Below, in pieces: positions 63,690 to 64,000 of a stretch of 64,000 nucleotides of DNA. The notes beneath the pieces are model-generated. The model was not told the origin of the DNA. It saw nothing but the letters and a program-made list of their open reading frames with translations, and searched no databases. The position numbers and the translations under genes are program-made. Source of the DNA: Candidatus Omnitrophota bacterium (GTDB lineage Bacteria; Omnitrophota; Gorgyraeia; Zapsychrales; Zapsychraceae); the NCBI GenBank assembly GCA_028280285.1, contig JANQMA010000044.1, positions 1,521-65,520 of the forward strand. The letters are read 5' to 3'. Within the stretch, counting starts at the first letter, position 1. Every line of letters starts with the position of its first letter.

Positions 63690-64000
63690 ATGGCTGATAT
63701 TGATTTATCCAAATACGGTATAACACCAACAGAGGTTGCCTATAATCTTTCTTATGACGAACTATATGATCTGGAGCTGGATCCTTCCAATGAAGGTTAT
63801 GAGAAGGGGACAGTGACATCTTTAGGGGCTGTGGCGATTGATACAGGGAAGTTTACCGGCCGTTCCCCCAAAGATAAATATATTGTTGAAGATGATATCA
63901 CACGCGATACTGTTTGGTGGACCGATGGGACGGCCGCCGGGTCAGACAACAAAAAAATGTCACAAGAAACATGGGAATATGTTAAGAAAATTTCCATTGC
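63690..64000 (+). CDS. pckA: Phosphoenolpyruvate carboxykinase (ATP), 3'-truncated (absent from the ORF track)
   Basis: [22 protein letters not shown]....[28 protein letters not shown]; frame is open to the window end. Confidence 0.95.
   Translation, partial: MADIDLSKYGITPTEVAYNLSYDELYDLELDPSNEGYEKGTVTSLGAVAIDTGKFTGRSPKDKYIVEDDITRDTVWWTDGTAAGSDNKKMSQETWEYVKKISI

Noticed and set aside
63604-63997. Minus-strand ORFs at the window end
   Set aside because: Antisense to the clear pckA start at 63690.
1-64000. tRNA, rRNA, known riboswitch, prophage or IS transposase
   Set aside because: No cloverleaf/T-loop signatures, recognisable riboswitch cores or mobile-element proteins were seen by eye; a covariance-model scan could still find something I missed.

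Overview
Bacterial chromosomal window, roughly 40% GC by eye, densely coded and mostly on the + strand. I found no rRNA, tRNA, CRISPR array, integrase or transposase. Taxonomy cannot be fixed from the sequence, but periplasmic and outer-membrane proteins indicate a diderm. Layout: (i) <1-2915 is the end of one chemosensory operon (PAS-type MCP, cheB, cheR). (ii) 2932-8674 continues it as a tightly coupled block: BNR/sialidase-like, DUF115/Maf-like, GNAT, HDAC, DUF420, ABC1 kinase, a hypothetical and ybaN. (iii) 8876-24376 is a second large chemotaxis cluster: heme-c MCP, His-rich MCP, double-HPt CheA, 2 CheW, CheR/B/C/D, 2 CheY, PilZ and four CheX-type proteins. (iv) 24.4-64 kb holds mixed accessory and housekeeping genes: HxlR/GST, an EamA exporter behind a probable leader-peptide attenuator, a cold-shock protein, a MarR-led cfa/ufa-like fatty-acid modification operon, a PHP-GT4 fusion plus radical SAM behind a Pho-box-like array, ppx-ppk1-ROK/Mth938-sixA, tag, hisI, trhP, ttcA, yidD, cysS, a DASS transporter and the start of pckA. 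The most notable observations are: (1) about 11 intergenic elements built as ~4 tandem 7-8-mers, a loop and ~4 reverse-complement copies, mostly with different unit sequences; (2) a possible writer/eraser modification operon attached to cheBR; (3) a Pho-box-led PHP-GT4/radical SAM unit that may remodel lipids; (4) chemoreceptors with an unusual symmetric heptad deletion and a shared PL[AS]FG tail; (5) several apparently leaderless genes. All family calls come from motif recognition by eye, not from database searches.
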